From: an uncultured virus (IMG/VR IMGVR_UViG_3300025085_003231)
Lineage: Duplodnaviria; Heunggongvirae; Uroviricota; Caudoviricetes
Direction: 5' to 3' (one strand)
DNA: 63,156 nucleotides
IMG/VR virus record: IMGVR_UViG_3300025085_003231
The notes under the pieces were generated by a model that ran no database searches, was not told the DNA's origin, and saw only the letters and a list, made by a program, of their open reading frames with translations. The first letter of the stretch is position 1. Each line of letters opens with the position of its first letter. The translations under genes were made by a program, and so were the position numbers. Positions 47,614 to 56,450 of this stretch are shown here, in pieces.

Positions 47614-49038
47614 CTAAAATATGGTTTTTTTCAGGGTTGATGGAGGGTATCTTAAGAAGTTGAGGAAATTAACTGGGATAGAGAATGTGAATCCTCGTGT
47701 GGAGGATAGTTCTGTTATGAGTTCATCATGGTAGTCTTCAATAATGAGGTATGTATTTGGGTCACGAGCCAGATAATAGTTAGTCCACATCACTGAATTG
47801 GGGGTATATTCGGTGGTGTGCAGCATATCATTGTATCGGTCATTGTCTTCAGGAAGGCTGGGTCGGACATTGTCGGTGTTATTATAAGTCATAGTCATTG
47901 GATTGTGATATAGCAAACCATACCTCAACGGGGACACACCCATTCTGCGGGTTTGGGTTTTCAGATTTTGAATAGCGTGTGGTGTGTCTGAGAATCTTCT
48001 TGTCTCAGCAGACCTCTCAGCATTTGGTCCGTAATAATCCCATAATACCTTGACGAGTCCAGTATATGCGGCAGTTACGGGATATTCGCCTATGGCATCG
48101 CTCCAATCAAACTCTTCTCTCTGCTCCTCAAGCCAATCCCCATAATCTTGGTCTTGTTCATTATCTTCATCATATCTCTCGTCAAGATGCTCGGTGAAAT
48201 CATATCCTGTTAAATCTTCAAATAAATATTCATCCAGGTGGAGGTGTTGGGAGTCTATTTGTCGGGTAGTCACATCGCCCGTCCAGAGATATTCGCTGCT
48301 CACCACAAGTTTGACATAGGGTTGTGGCTGCAAATCATTCAGATACCAGTATAGCATATCTAAAATATCTGCCATATTCCACTCTTCCAGAATTCCTGCG
48401 TGTCTGTTTAGATTGCTTTGGTTACGGGCAATAAATTCAGGTTCCCTGTCTGATATACGGGTAAATTCTGCTTGTTCTCGGAGGTCTCGTTCAGTATAAG
48501 GAATCTCTCTAACTGCGTCGTTAAGTATGCGTTTATAGGCTTGGTATGCGGCTACGGATGATAACATCATGTAAAGGGTTTGACCGATGAATTGGGAGGG
48601 ATTACGAAGTGTGAATTGGGATTCCATGGCTGCATTCATGGCTTCAAGGTCTCGTTGATTTCGTTCTTTTCGGTCTTGATTCGTGATGATTGGTGGACGA
48701 CCATCTCCAAGGGAAGGGTATGCAGGGTATCCAGGAAAAAGCCTGTAATATGAAGGAAAGCGCATGGTTGGGTGGAGAGTAGGGTTTGAATTAAGTTCTT
48801 CTTGGCGATAAGAAGAAGCATTGTAAGGGTCAAACATTTTTTTATTGATAGCCAATATACGAGTCTGTTTGAGCCATGCGAATAAATTGTTTCGGAACAG
48901 GGTGTTTTCTGGGAGGGTCTTTTCTTCGTAATGAATTAGTTCGGGCGGTCGTAATGTTTCCAAATTGATTTCATCATCGGGAATGAAACCTGAAGAGGTC
49001 ACATAGTTGTAATACTCCTCATTAGACATCAAGGTCAT
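47614..49038 (-). CDS. Hypothetical protein with acidic central region
   Basis: 474-aa ORF. Confidence 0.8.
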   Translation of the reverse strand: MTLMSNEEYYNYVTSSGFIPDDEINLETLRPPELIHYEEKTLPENTLFRNNLFAWLKQTRILAINKKMFDPYNASSYRQEELNSNPTLHPTMRFPSYYRLFPGYPAYPSLGDGRPPIITNQDRKERNQRDLEAMNAAMESQFTLRNPSQFIGQTLYMMLSSVAAYQAYKRILNDAVREIPYTERDLREQAEFTRISDREPEFIARNQSNLNRHAGILEEWNMADILDMLYWYLNDLQPQPYVKLVVSSEYLWTGDVTTRQIDSQHLHLDEYLFEDLTGYDFTEHLDERYDEDNEQDQDYGDWLEEQREEFDWSDAIGEYPVTAAYTGLVKVLWDYYGPNAERSAETRRFSDTPHAIQNLKTQTRRMGVSPLRYGLLYHNPMTMTYNNTDNVRPSLPEDNDRYNDMLHTTEYTPNSVMWTNYYLARDPNTYLIIEDYHDELITELSSTRGFTFSIPVNFLNFLRYPPSTLKKTIF

Positions 49039-49063
49039 GGTTATTATTGGGTGGTGCTGCTAC

Positions 49064-49531
49064 TTAAGTTTCACTAAGTCGTTGTTTAAGGGGGAAGCAG
49101 TTAGGTAACAAATGTAACTTATCCTGTTCCCGAACGATAAATCCTGGGACGATTCTTCTGATTTTTTGAGATAATCTTCTGGGTGTCATTCTCCAATCAA
49201 AACCTTGAGTTAATTCTCGGGCTACTTCGGCTGGAGTGAGTGCGCCTTTGGCTCTTAAGACTTGTAAGCAATCATACAAAAACAAGTATTTTTTAATTCT
49301 GACTTTACGAGTGCAATCGTCATTACAGAATGATTTGTTTGCTTTGCTGCCTCTTCGGAGAGCAAATTCGTCTCCGCACCAATCACAATTGTGGTAAGCA
49401 ATAATTTGATTTTTATGGAACAGATAATCTTGGGACACAGGTATTTCTTGTAAAATGTGACAACGCTCGCTGCAAAATTGTTCGTAAAGTGAGTAGCGAT
49501 ATTTAGAATCACAACGGCGACAGGATTCCAT
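49064..49531 (-). CDS. Zn-finger + wHTH regulator (paralog family)
   Basis: CRRC..FCSERC..CDWCGDEF..FC. Confidence 0.75.
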   Translation of the reverse strand: MESCRRCDSKYRYSLYEQFCSERCHILQEIPVSQDYLFHKNQIIAYHNCDWCGDEFALRRGSKANKSFCNDDCTRKVRIKKYLFLYDCLQVLRAKGALTPAEVARELTQGFDWRMTPRRLSQKIRRIVPGFIVREQDKLHLLPNCFPLKQRLSET

Positions 49532-49533
49532 GA

Positions 49534-50100
49534 TTATGCCTCACTAAATTTAGTCTTTGCTTGAACGGCATACGCCAAAGGAATATCAGAGTTGAGAAAT
49601 TGAGGGGTGAGATTATACTGGTAAGAATTGTTATTATTTTTGGTGACTGCAACTATTCCTCGTGCAGCATAGACTCGCAAGACGGCTCCAATGGTTCGGG
49701 ATGAACAAATGGTGGATTGGTCTATCCAATAATGTTCTAATTGCTTGGCATTAGAATTGGGGTGGTATTGAAGCAGTTTGAGAATTCTCCAATCACGGCT
49801 GGAGTTTTTTCCACGCTTCATTTGCAAGGAACAGGCTCGTCCACAAAATTGTTTATTAGATTTTCTCTTGTTGTGTGAAATGGTAAATTCGTCTCCGCAC
49901 CAATCGCAAGAAATTTTTATCTTGGGGCGCATCCAAGTATTTTTATGGTGCTTTGATTCTGATACTCTGACTTCGGGATATGCCTCGGGGTTTTGATAAT
50001 AAATCCAACAGTAATGGCTACAATGGGTGGTGAAATACTGCGTGTGCCTTTCAGCAGTGGTGATGATTTCTTCTCCACAAGGGCATTTAGGATACTGCAT
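49534..50100 (-). CDS. Zn-finger + wHTH regulator (paralog family)
   Basis: CPCG..CSHYC..YQNPEAYP..CDWCGDEF..FCGRAC..IGAVLRVY..RGIV. Confidence 0.8.
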   Translation of the reverse strand: MQYPKCPCGEEIITTAERHTQYFTTHCSHYCWIYYQNPEAYPEVRVSESKHHKNTWMRPKIKISCDWCGDEFTISHNKRKSNKQFCGRACSLQMKRGKNSSRDWRILKLLQYHPNSNAKQLEHYWIDQSTICSSRTIGAVLRVYAARGIVAVTKNNNNSYQYNLTPQFLNSDIPLAYAVQAKTKFSEA

Positions 50101-50656
50101 TGACTTTCGCCTCCTTCAATCTCAATTTTTCTTTTACTATTTTTCCTAATGGTAATTTATTGGCTTCTGAAACCATTTTGTAAGTGCGAGGCCATGCTCC
50201 ATCCTCAATCTCAATAATTCCTCGGCTCAGATAAACTCGTAGTATGCTTCCAATGTGTCGGCCTGTAAGATAATTAGTTCCTAATGTTGGGCAGATAATT
50301 TCGGCTAACTCTCCTGATGTGACAGGGCTTTTGGCTACTTTAATATTGGCTAAAATGTAGAGGTCTCTCCAGTTTCTCTTTCCTTGCATCATGGTGTGGT
50401 GACATTTTTTACCACAGAAATTCATATTGGGGTTGCCGTATCTCAACAAGAATTCATCTCCACAGAGGAAACAATCTACTGGTATTTTGGCTCGCTTCAA
50501 ATGGTTTTTATGAGTGATAGCATCGGACATTTTTTCCATCGGGTAGGCATCAGGATTTTGATAATAGACACTACAATAGCGGCTACAATATCCGTGATAA
50601 AAGGTATTACCTGAGCGAATGTAAGTGATTGGTCTTCCACACAAGCATTGTTCCAT
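50087..50656 (-). CDS. Zn-finger + wHTH regulator (paralog family)
   Basis: CLCG..CSRYC..YQNPDAYP..CFLCGDEF..FCGKKC..IGSILRVY..RGII. Confidence 0.8.
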   Translation of the reverse strand: MEQCLCGRPITYIRSGNTFYHGYCSRYCSVYYQNPDAYPMEKMSDAITHKNHLKRAKIPVDCFLCGDEFLLRYGNPNMNFCGKKCHHTMMQGKRNWRDLYILANIKVAKSPVTSGELAEIICPTLGTNYLTGRHIGSILRVYLSRGIIEIEDGAWPRTYKMVSEANKLPLGKIVKEKLRLKEAKVNAVS

Positions 50657-50665
50657 ATTATCACT

Positions 50666-51937
50666 TCACAAAGGGTCTTTGAAAGCAAAGGCTTTCATTT
50701 GGCGATTCTGAATATTGTAGACGGACAAATATCCCATTTTTGGTTTGTAGCCCAACATTTGCATGAAATCTGTTTCACCTTGGAAAGTGGATGAAACAAC
50801 GAGAGGGATGCCACGATACATCTCCATTTGATGAGCATGGGTGTGTCCTGTGACGAAAATATCTGGGTTGGTGCTGATAACCATTTGGTCTTCTTCTTCA
50901 GGAGAGAGTGCATTTCGCTCGCCCCACATTGGAGCAAGGTGTCGCTTTCTTAGCATTTCTTTCATGGCTTCAGCAGGTCGTTCATACGAAACATGAGCCA
51001 TACGAGGAACCATGTCATCAATACCTTTGCCGTGATATGACAATACTTCAATTCCTGAGAGATTTACTCTGGCAGGATTGCCCACATGAACCGCTGAATT
51101 GAACCTTTGTTGAATAAGTGGTTCTAACATGGGTTGAGGTTCAGCAGGTCTAACTGCATCGTGATTTCCTGGCAAAACTACGGGAGTGATGTGGTCTGGT
51201 AATTCATCCAATTTTCTGGCAAACATTTCGTATTGGTCGTAGACATTGTCCATGGTGATATTGCGCTCGTGTCCTGGATATACACCAACTCCATCAACAC
51301 AATCTCCCGAAAGCACAAAATACTTGATATTTTTTGCAACATGATGGTCTGAATTCATCCATTCTACCATCTCATCCCATTCCTTTTCCAAGAACTTTTT
51401 GCTGCCCATGTGGATGTCTGATGCGAAAGCAATAGATACGGGGTCAAAGTCTAATCCGCCACGATTCTGATTATTGGGCAAAACCTCTGGGAACTGAACT
51501 CGGTCAGTCCAAAACATTCTTCCATCATCGGAAAATTTTCCTGTGACTCCGATAACATCGTCTACTAACAAAGTGGCTACGGAAGGGTCTTCTTTTCTTA
51601 AGAATACTGTAATTCTGCCTGTTTTATCCTCTAATTCAACCATTCTGCCTCCAGATTTGGTGCGTCTAATATCACAGACAATTCCAATGATATTACAAGG
51701 GCGGTATTTGAAAGCCATTTTCTGACTGTTCAATTCACTGATATTCATGGTTTCACGAAACCCTAAATGTTGGCGAATAATTTTTCGGAGTTCTTCGTAT
51801 CGGTTAGCAAATAGATTTACCAAATCTCCCATTTTCCCAGTTTGGTCGGTTTGTCCAACACGAACTCCTGGGTCAATCATGTCGGGATAATCTCGTGCTA
51901 ACTCAAACCAGGCTGAGTTAATAGAATTGGATACCAT
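50666..51937 (-). CDS. dp1: DNA polymerase D small (proofreading) subunit DP1
   Basis: OB fold (ELEDKTG), SDIHMGS, GDCVDGVGVYPG, PGNHD..R.AEPQP, YHG, RHLAP, GHTH. Confidence 0.95.
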   Translation of the reverse strand: MVSNSINSAWFELARDYPDMIDPGVRVGQTDQTGKMGDLVNLFANRYEELRKIIRQHLGFRETMNISELNSQKMAFKYRPCNIIGIVCDIRRTKSGGRMVELEDKTGRITVFLRKEDPSVATLLVDDVIGVTGKFSDDGRMFWTDRVQFPEVLPNNQNRGGLDFDPVSIAFASDIHMGSKKFLEKEWDEMVEWMNSDHHVAKNIKYFVLSGDCVDGVGVYPGHERNITMDNVYDQYEMFARKLDELPDHITPVVLPGNHDAVRPAEPQPMLEPLIQQRFNSAVHVGNPARVNLSGIEVLSYHGKGIDDMVPRMAHVSYERPAEAMKEMLRKRHLAPMWGERNALSPEEEDQMVISTNPDIFVTGHTHAHQMEMYRGIPLVVSSTFQGETDFMQMLGYKPKMGYLSVYNIQNRQMKAFAFKDPL

Positions 51938-51954
51938 GTGGTATCATAGGGGTG

Positions 51955-52647
51955 TTACCTATTTAAGAAAGTTAGACCGTCTCGCAACCAGTTGAGTGGT
52001 TGATTTGGAACAAGATAAAGTTGTGCATCATCATGATTTTTATAGAGATTAAAGGGGAGGTTTTCATCCCATTCCCATATTTTCATGTGTTCTTTTGCGT
52101 CAGATGGATTAGCATATGCTCTGTAATCTACTCCGACAAGAATATCGTCTACTAAAACTTCGGTTCTGATTATTGGGATAAGGACTCCTTGCGGGAAATT
52201 TTCCATCTCTTCTGAAGTGGGTGGATTGCCACCATAATCAAAATCGGATGGGTGAAATGGAAGAAATGGTGCGGTTTGTCCTTGTATGTCTTCTTCTAAT
52301 GTATCCCACGAATTAAACATATGTTCTCTCCGTGGTTTCCCATTATTGACATAATACATAGGGTATGTGGGGTGAAGGTTGTTCCTTGTAATGTAGGCTC
52401 TGTATTTGTTGTAATACTTTGGGTCAAGATACATCATGGCTTCAATCCTGGCATTACAAGAATAATCGGTTTTGACCCTCTCTCCCGTAGAGGACGGGGT
52501 GTGGGCTGGCTTAACGCAAACCATATCCCGAGTAAAGCAAAGTGTTTCTGGGTCCCAATCTGTGTCCATCAATTCGGTAAAAAAATGGGAGTCGCCCCAC
52601 TTCTCTGCCATTTCATTATAGTCGGGTTTTGAACCATTGGTTTTCAT
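51955..52647 (-). CDS. Hypothetical protein
   Basis: ~230-aa ORF. Confidence 0.7.
   Translation of the reverse strand: MKTNGSKPDYNEMAEKWGDSHFFTELMDTDWDPETLCFTRDMVCVKPAHTPSSTGERVKTDYSCNARIEAMMYLDPKYYNKYRAYITRNNLHPTYPMYYVNNGKPRREHMFNSWDTLEEDIQGQTAPFLPFHPSDFDYGGNPPTSEEMENFPQGVLIPIIRTEVLVDDILVGVDYRAYANPSDAKEHMKIWEWDENLPFNLYKNHDDAQLYLVPNQPLNWLRDGLTFLNR
51958..51966 (-). promoter_or_regulatory. TATA box, TAGG class (representative)
   Basis: TTAAATAGG 20 nt before DP1 ATG; same class at 17248, 20125, 28939, 30302, 30700, 32568, 34930, 37474, 45491, 46534, 53881, 61892, 62890. Confidence 0.85.
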
Positions 52648-52672
52648 GTTCAGACCCCCTGTGTGAGTCAGA

Positions 52673-53260
52673 TTATTGTGCCGATGCAGAGCGGTATGTT
52701 CGGCCACCGATAGTCATGCGGGTAACACGGTCAGTTCCAATCATACGGTATTGGTCTTTTTCCAAATCAAAGACGGTTCGGAGTTGGAAATTTGTAGGGT
52801 CATATTTCATACCTTCACCTGTGAGTCGGCTTCCTTGTCCTCCAGGCCCTCGGTAGACACCTGTGCGAGCCGTCATGTTTCGGAGAGAGCCATCACGCTT
52901 CTCAAACTGAATGCTGAAAATCTTTCCACCGTTGTTAGCGAGTAGTCCCAAAACTTGTTGTTCAGGAAGGAATGTGCGTCCCGATGTTGATGGTGGTGCT
53001 GGTGCTTCAAATGAACGAGTTTTTGGGTTGTAATGTCGGTGGTCTGAACCTTCTCCTCTCATCATTTTCTTCCCTGCGTATTGCCAATATTGGGTGAAAT
53101 ACCAGAATGAGGCTGTTCCGAGTGCAAGAGTAGCAGCACCGCCCCAAATCATATTGCGGGTGTTCTTTTCTGACCAAGCGTTCTTAGCAAATTGAAATAC
53201 AATTGGCAGCCCAGCGATAGTTCCGATAGCAGTTCCAACCATGAGTAGTTGTTGAGTCAT
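52673..53260 (-). CDS. Two-TM protein fused to SH3/WYL_2-like beta-barrel
   Basis: TMs, then SFEAP, then IFSIQFEKRDGSLR.M..VFDLEK.QYR. Confidence 0.75.
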   Translation of the reverse strand: MTQQLLMVGTAIGTIAGLPIVFQFAKNAWSEKNTRNMIWGGAATLALGTASFWYFTQYWQYAGKKMMRGEGSDHRHYNPKTRSFEAPAPPSTSGRTFLPEQQVLGLLANNGGKIFSIQFEKRDGSLRNMTARTGVYRGPGGQGSRLTGEGMKYDPTNFQLRTVFDLEKDQYRMIGTDRVTRMTIGGRTYRSASAQ

Positions 53261-53298
53261 ACACTTTATTTAGTGCTGCAACTACTTAAGTTTGTCGT

Positions 53299-53844
53299 TC
53301 ACAGAACGCTGTTTAGTTCATCCATGAGTGCATCAGCCGCTGCGTCCGCATCTTCAGGTGACTTTGTCCCTGTGATAACACACTTGCCTGACGAAAACAC
53401 GAGGCATACTGCTGATGGAGCATCAATTCGGTAAATCAAACCTGGGAATTGCTCAGGCTCATATTCTGTCTTTTCAAACGGAAGTGATAGCACAAGATTG
53501 TTAAGGTCTACGGGTTGTTCGTAATCTGTGGTGATAACCAGATTGGAAATTTCAATCATTTCAGTATCAAATGGATTTGCATCGGTCAAGAACCCTTCGG
53601 TTGTTAGACGCTCATGTAGTTGTCGGAAGGCAGATTCAACATCTGATTCTGACCTTGCTCCTGTGGCAACAACTTTTCCGCTGCGGAATAGTAGCAAACA
53701 AACTTTGGGTGTTTCAACACGATAAACCATTCCTGGGAATTGTTCTTGTTCGTATTCTACTTGTAGTGTGTCTGCTACATCATTGATGTCAAGTGATGTG
53801 CAATATCTTGTGCTGGCTACCATATTTACAATTTCGTTAGGCAT
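53299..53844 (-). CDS. tbp: TATA-box binding protein
   Basis: Two repeats: NMVAS..YEQEQFPGMVYR..LFRSGKVVATGA and NLV..YEPEQFPGLIYR..VFSSGKCVITG. Confidence 0.97.
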   Translation of the reverse strand: MPNEIVNMVASTRYCTSLDINDVADTLQVEYEQEQFPGMVYRVETPKVCLLLFRSGKVVATGARSESDVESAFRQLHERLTTEGFLTDANPFDTEMIEISNLVITTDYEQPVDLNNLVLSLPFEKTEYEPEQFPGLIYRIDAPSAVCLVFSSGKCVITGTKSPEDADAAADALMDELNSVL

Positions 53845-53885
53845 ATTTGTTCGCTCCTTAAATACTAAGGTGCGTTATTACCTAT

Positions 53886-54125
53886 TTAAGCATTGAGTGG
53901 GTTGGGCTTTCCACAACTGGTGCAACACGCCAAAATATCGGCGTAAATGATGCCGCATGAACATCGTAATTGCTGGTTAATTCTAAGCACCATGTCTTGA
54001 AGTTCCACATCTAAGTGGTGTTGAGGAATCTCTTGTTTTTTCCAAGATTTGTCTCTTTTTTTCTGCCGTTCTTTTTGTGAGACAAAGTCTCGGTTCTTGT
54101 TCTTATTTTTACCCATATGGTTCAC
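53886..54125 (-). CDS. Basic Zn-ribbon protein
   Basis: CSCG..CTSCG. Confidence 0.65.
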   Translation of the reverse strand: MNHMGKNKNKNRDFVSQKERQKKRDKSWKKQEIPQHHLDVELQDMVLRINQQLRCSCGIIYADILACCTSCGKPNPLNA

Positions 54126-54127
54126 TC

Positions 54128-54469
54128 TCAGATAAGAGATGCTAAATGCTCATTATCTCCGTAACGAGCAATGACTTTCCACAATCTTTTAAGACCTAAT
54201 GATGCAGCCACTAATTCTTGAATTAGCGGTGCCATGAAATCAGGGTCAAGTTCAGGGTCTAAACCTTCCACAGACATTTGAATCTCAGCGGCACAAGCCA
54301 TGATTGCAGGACTAAGTTGCGTGATATTGACCTTTTCTCCTTCGGGAAAATAACTAAGAATCACTTGTTGAATAACGGGCAAAATTGAATACTCTTCGTC
54401 TCCCTCTTCAGTTACTAAATAACTGAGAAGAATATCTTCGGGGTTTTGCTCCAATACCACAGTAATCAC
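54128..54469 (-). CDS. Hypothetical protein
   Basis: 113-aa ORF. Confidence 0.65.
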   Translation of the reverse strand: MITVVLEQNPEDILLSYLVTEEGDEEYSILPVIQQVILSYFPEGEKVNITQLSPAIMACAAEIQMSVEGLDPELDPDFMAPLIQELVAASLGLKRLWKVIARYGDNEHLASLI

Positions 54470-54496
54470 TTGTATTTTTGACTATTTGAATATGAG

Positions 54497-54594
54497 TGCG
54501 GGGTGGTCAAGGGGAAAGAGAGGAAGCGACCCATAAACCAAGAACATCTGAAAGAAAAGAAGAGGAGAACATCCAGAGACTTTTTTACCCCGCA
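54497..54594 (-). ncRNA. Candidate small RNA with terminal stem and pyrimidine-rich loop
   Basis: Promoter at 54614 predicts start ~54593; UGCGGGGU pairs with ACCCCGCA; no plausible ORF. Confidence 0.6.
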
Positions 54595-54607
54595 ATATAG
54601 TTTTGGT

Positions 54608-55174
54608 TCACGACCTATTTAAGAATGAGCGTGACATAATCGTATTATAATTGATGATATAGTTTTCTTCCGAGACAACGGGGTATCCAACTATCTCTGG
54701 GTCAAGGAGAATATCATTGGTTGTGATAACGGTGGGCAATAGTTGTAATTCTGGAAATGGGAGCATAGCATTATGGTCTACAAAATTTCTCATATGTGTG
54801 GCTTTGTCAATCCTTCCGTGGCGGTCTACCTTTCTTTTTTCCGATTTTGTTAGTCGGTAATTATCTCTGGTGATGGGGCGGTCTTGAGGCCATAACTGAA
54901 GTTCTTGTGTGTCATTATTTCGGTGAATTGCTACCCAAGTCCCAACTGTTTTTCCTTGTGGGTGCCAAACAATCAAAAATGCGTCCGTAGCAAGTTTTCC
55001 TGAAGAGTCATTACTAAGGTATATTCTTTGAGTCCTGTTCCCACGAGTCGTAGGGGTTGGAGGGAAGCGACCCAATTTTGAAAGGTAATCGTCTCTGGTT
55101 CCTAATTTTAACAACCGAGCAATTTCATTCAGAGTAGTTGCTGGGAGGCTGTCTATTCGGTGTTCTATCCACAT
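54608..55174 (-). CDS. Hypothetical protein with C-terminal IINY tag
   Basis: 188-aa ORF after GAGGTGA SD. Confidence 0.75.
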   Translation of the reverse strand: MWIEHRIDSLPATTLNEIARLLKLGTRDDYLSKLGRFPPTPTTRGNRTQRIYLSNDSSGKLATDAFLIVWHPQGKTVGTWVAIHRNNDTQELQLWPQDRPITRDNYRLTKSEKRKVDRHGRIDKATHMRNFVDHNAMLPFPELQLLPTVITTNDILLDPEIVGYPVVSEENYIINYNTIMSRSFLNRS

Positions 55175-55178
55175 AAAC

Positions 55179-56450
55179 TCACCTCAGTATTTGCGGGATT
55201 CGGTAATTATAATTGATAATATTGCTATATTCGTGTGTGGATGGGCCTCTTTGTTGAGGTGTTCTTTGTCTTTTCCATTCTCTTTCGGTTCTTCCTGAAA
55301 ATAATGGTAAGCAACTTTCAGGGTCAAAGGTGATTTTAGTGGCGAATCCTATGGGATTTCTGCCTTCAACGGATTCTCGTGTCCTCCTGGTTCCTGCTCC
55401 TGAAGTGGCCCTTGATAGAGAAGAATTGAGACCTGCGTTTCTTAGGACATCCGCAATAGACATTGGATGAAAGATGGCTTGAGACTGATATGCAGCCTCT
55501 GGAAGTGAATAGACAACTCGGAATTCCTGATTTTCTAAAACACTCATTAAAGATTTAAGGTTTTTTTCTGTTACGCAAGTTGCTGTAAATTCTCGTCCTA
55601 TGTAATTGCCTCCCCTTCTCAACTTGTTTCTTTTTAATTTGTCGTGAATGGTTGTCATTTTAACCCCTGTGCCATACCCCAATACGCTGGGGTATTGGAA
55701 TGTAACTGGTTTGAATTGAGCACTGCTTCTTCGTTTTATAGTAGCATACCAATCCATATTTTCTAAAATGCGAGAACGATTTCCTTGAATTGCCTCTCGT
55801 CCTGCTTGACCGTATTTGCGGTAAATAATTCCTCCTTGGAAATCCCAATTATATGCAATTCCTTTGAAGGGTTCCATCTCTGCAAACTCATCTTCTTTTA
55901 ATACATCAAAGTTGTCATTTGCCGTTCGCCTTTTCGCCGTAATGCCCAATATTTGATATTCTACTGGTAGGCCAAATTTAAGTGGATAATTACCTTCAGC
56001 GTCTGCAATGGGGGAGCGATGCAAACAAAACCACCCTCCGTTTGATTTTCCAAATTGGGCAGCCCGATAATTGTTGCTATCTCCTGCCTTAAAGATGTAA
56101 TCTTGTTTTGTTCGTGGAACCCAGAAAAAAAGCAATTTGTTATCCATCAAGTAAAACTTCTGCTTCTCAACAGGCTTTTCTTGAATTTCTGACCAAACAG
56201 ACCATAGATTTATATCTCTCAAAGGTTCGTAATTGATAATTTCTTCTGCTGGAATCGTTCGTCGTCCCGCTCCATATCCGACTCGTCTTTCGCTTGTTAT
56301 GTATAGCCTTAAATATTGCGGCGAAAATTGCGTGGCGGTGGTCATTAGGGGAGGTGTGTTGATGTCAATCATTTGGGTGTATCCAAAGGAACTGAAAAAA
56401 GAATTGAACTCCTCATTAAGAAATGGTCCTGTAAATTTAATAAAACCCAT
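55179..56450 (-). CDS. Hypothetical protein with C-terminal IINY..IPQILR tag
   Basis: 423-aa ORF. Confidence 0.8.
   Translation of the reverse strand: MGFIKFTGPFLNEEFNSFFSSFGYTQMIDINTPPLMTTATQFSPQYLRLYITSERRVGYGAGRRTIPAEEIINYEPLRDINLWSVWSEIQEKPVEKQKFYLMDNKLLFFWVPRTKQDYIFKAGDSNNYRAAQFGKSNGGWFCLHRSPIADAEGNYPLKFGLPVEYQILGITAKRRTANDNFDVLKEDEFAEMEPFKGIAYNWDFQGGIIYRKYGQAGREAIQGNRSRILENMDWYATIKRRSSAQFKPVTFQYPSVLGYGTGVKMTTIHDKLKRNKLRRGGNYIGREFTATCVTEKNLKSLMSVLENQEFRVVYSLPEAAYQSQAIFHPMSIADVLRNAGLNSSLSRATSGAGTRRTRESVEGRNPIGFATKITFDPESCLPLFSGRTEREWKRQRTPQQRGPSTHEYSNIINYNYRIPQILR

Noticed and set aside
54497..54594. Y RNA or tRNA identity for the small RNA candidate
   Set aside because: No cloverleaf; Ro-binding GGUCCGA strand absent and no Ro60 gene seen
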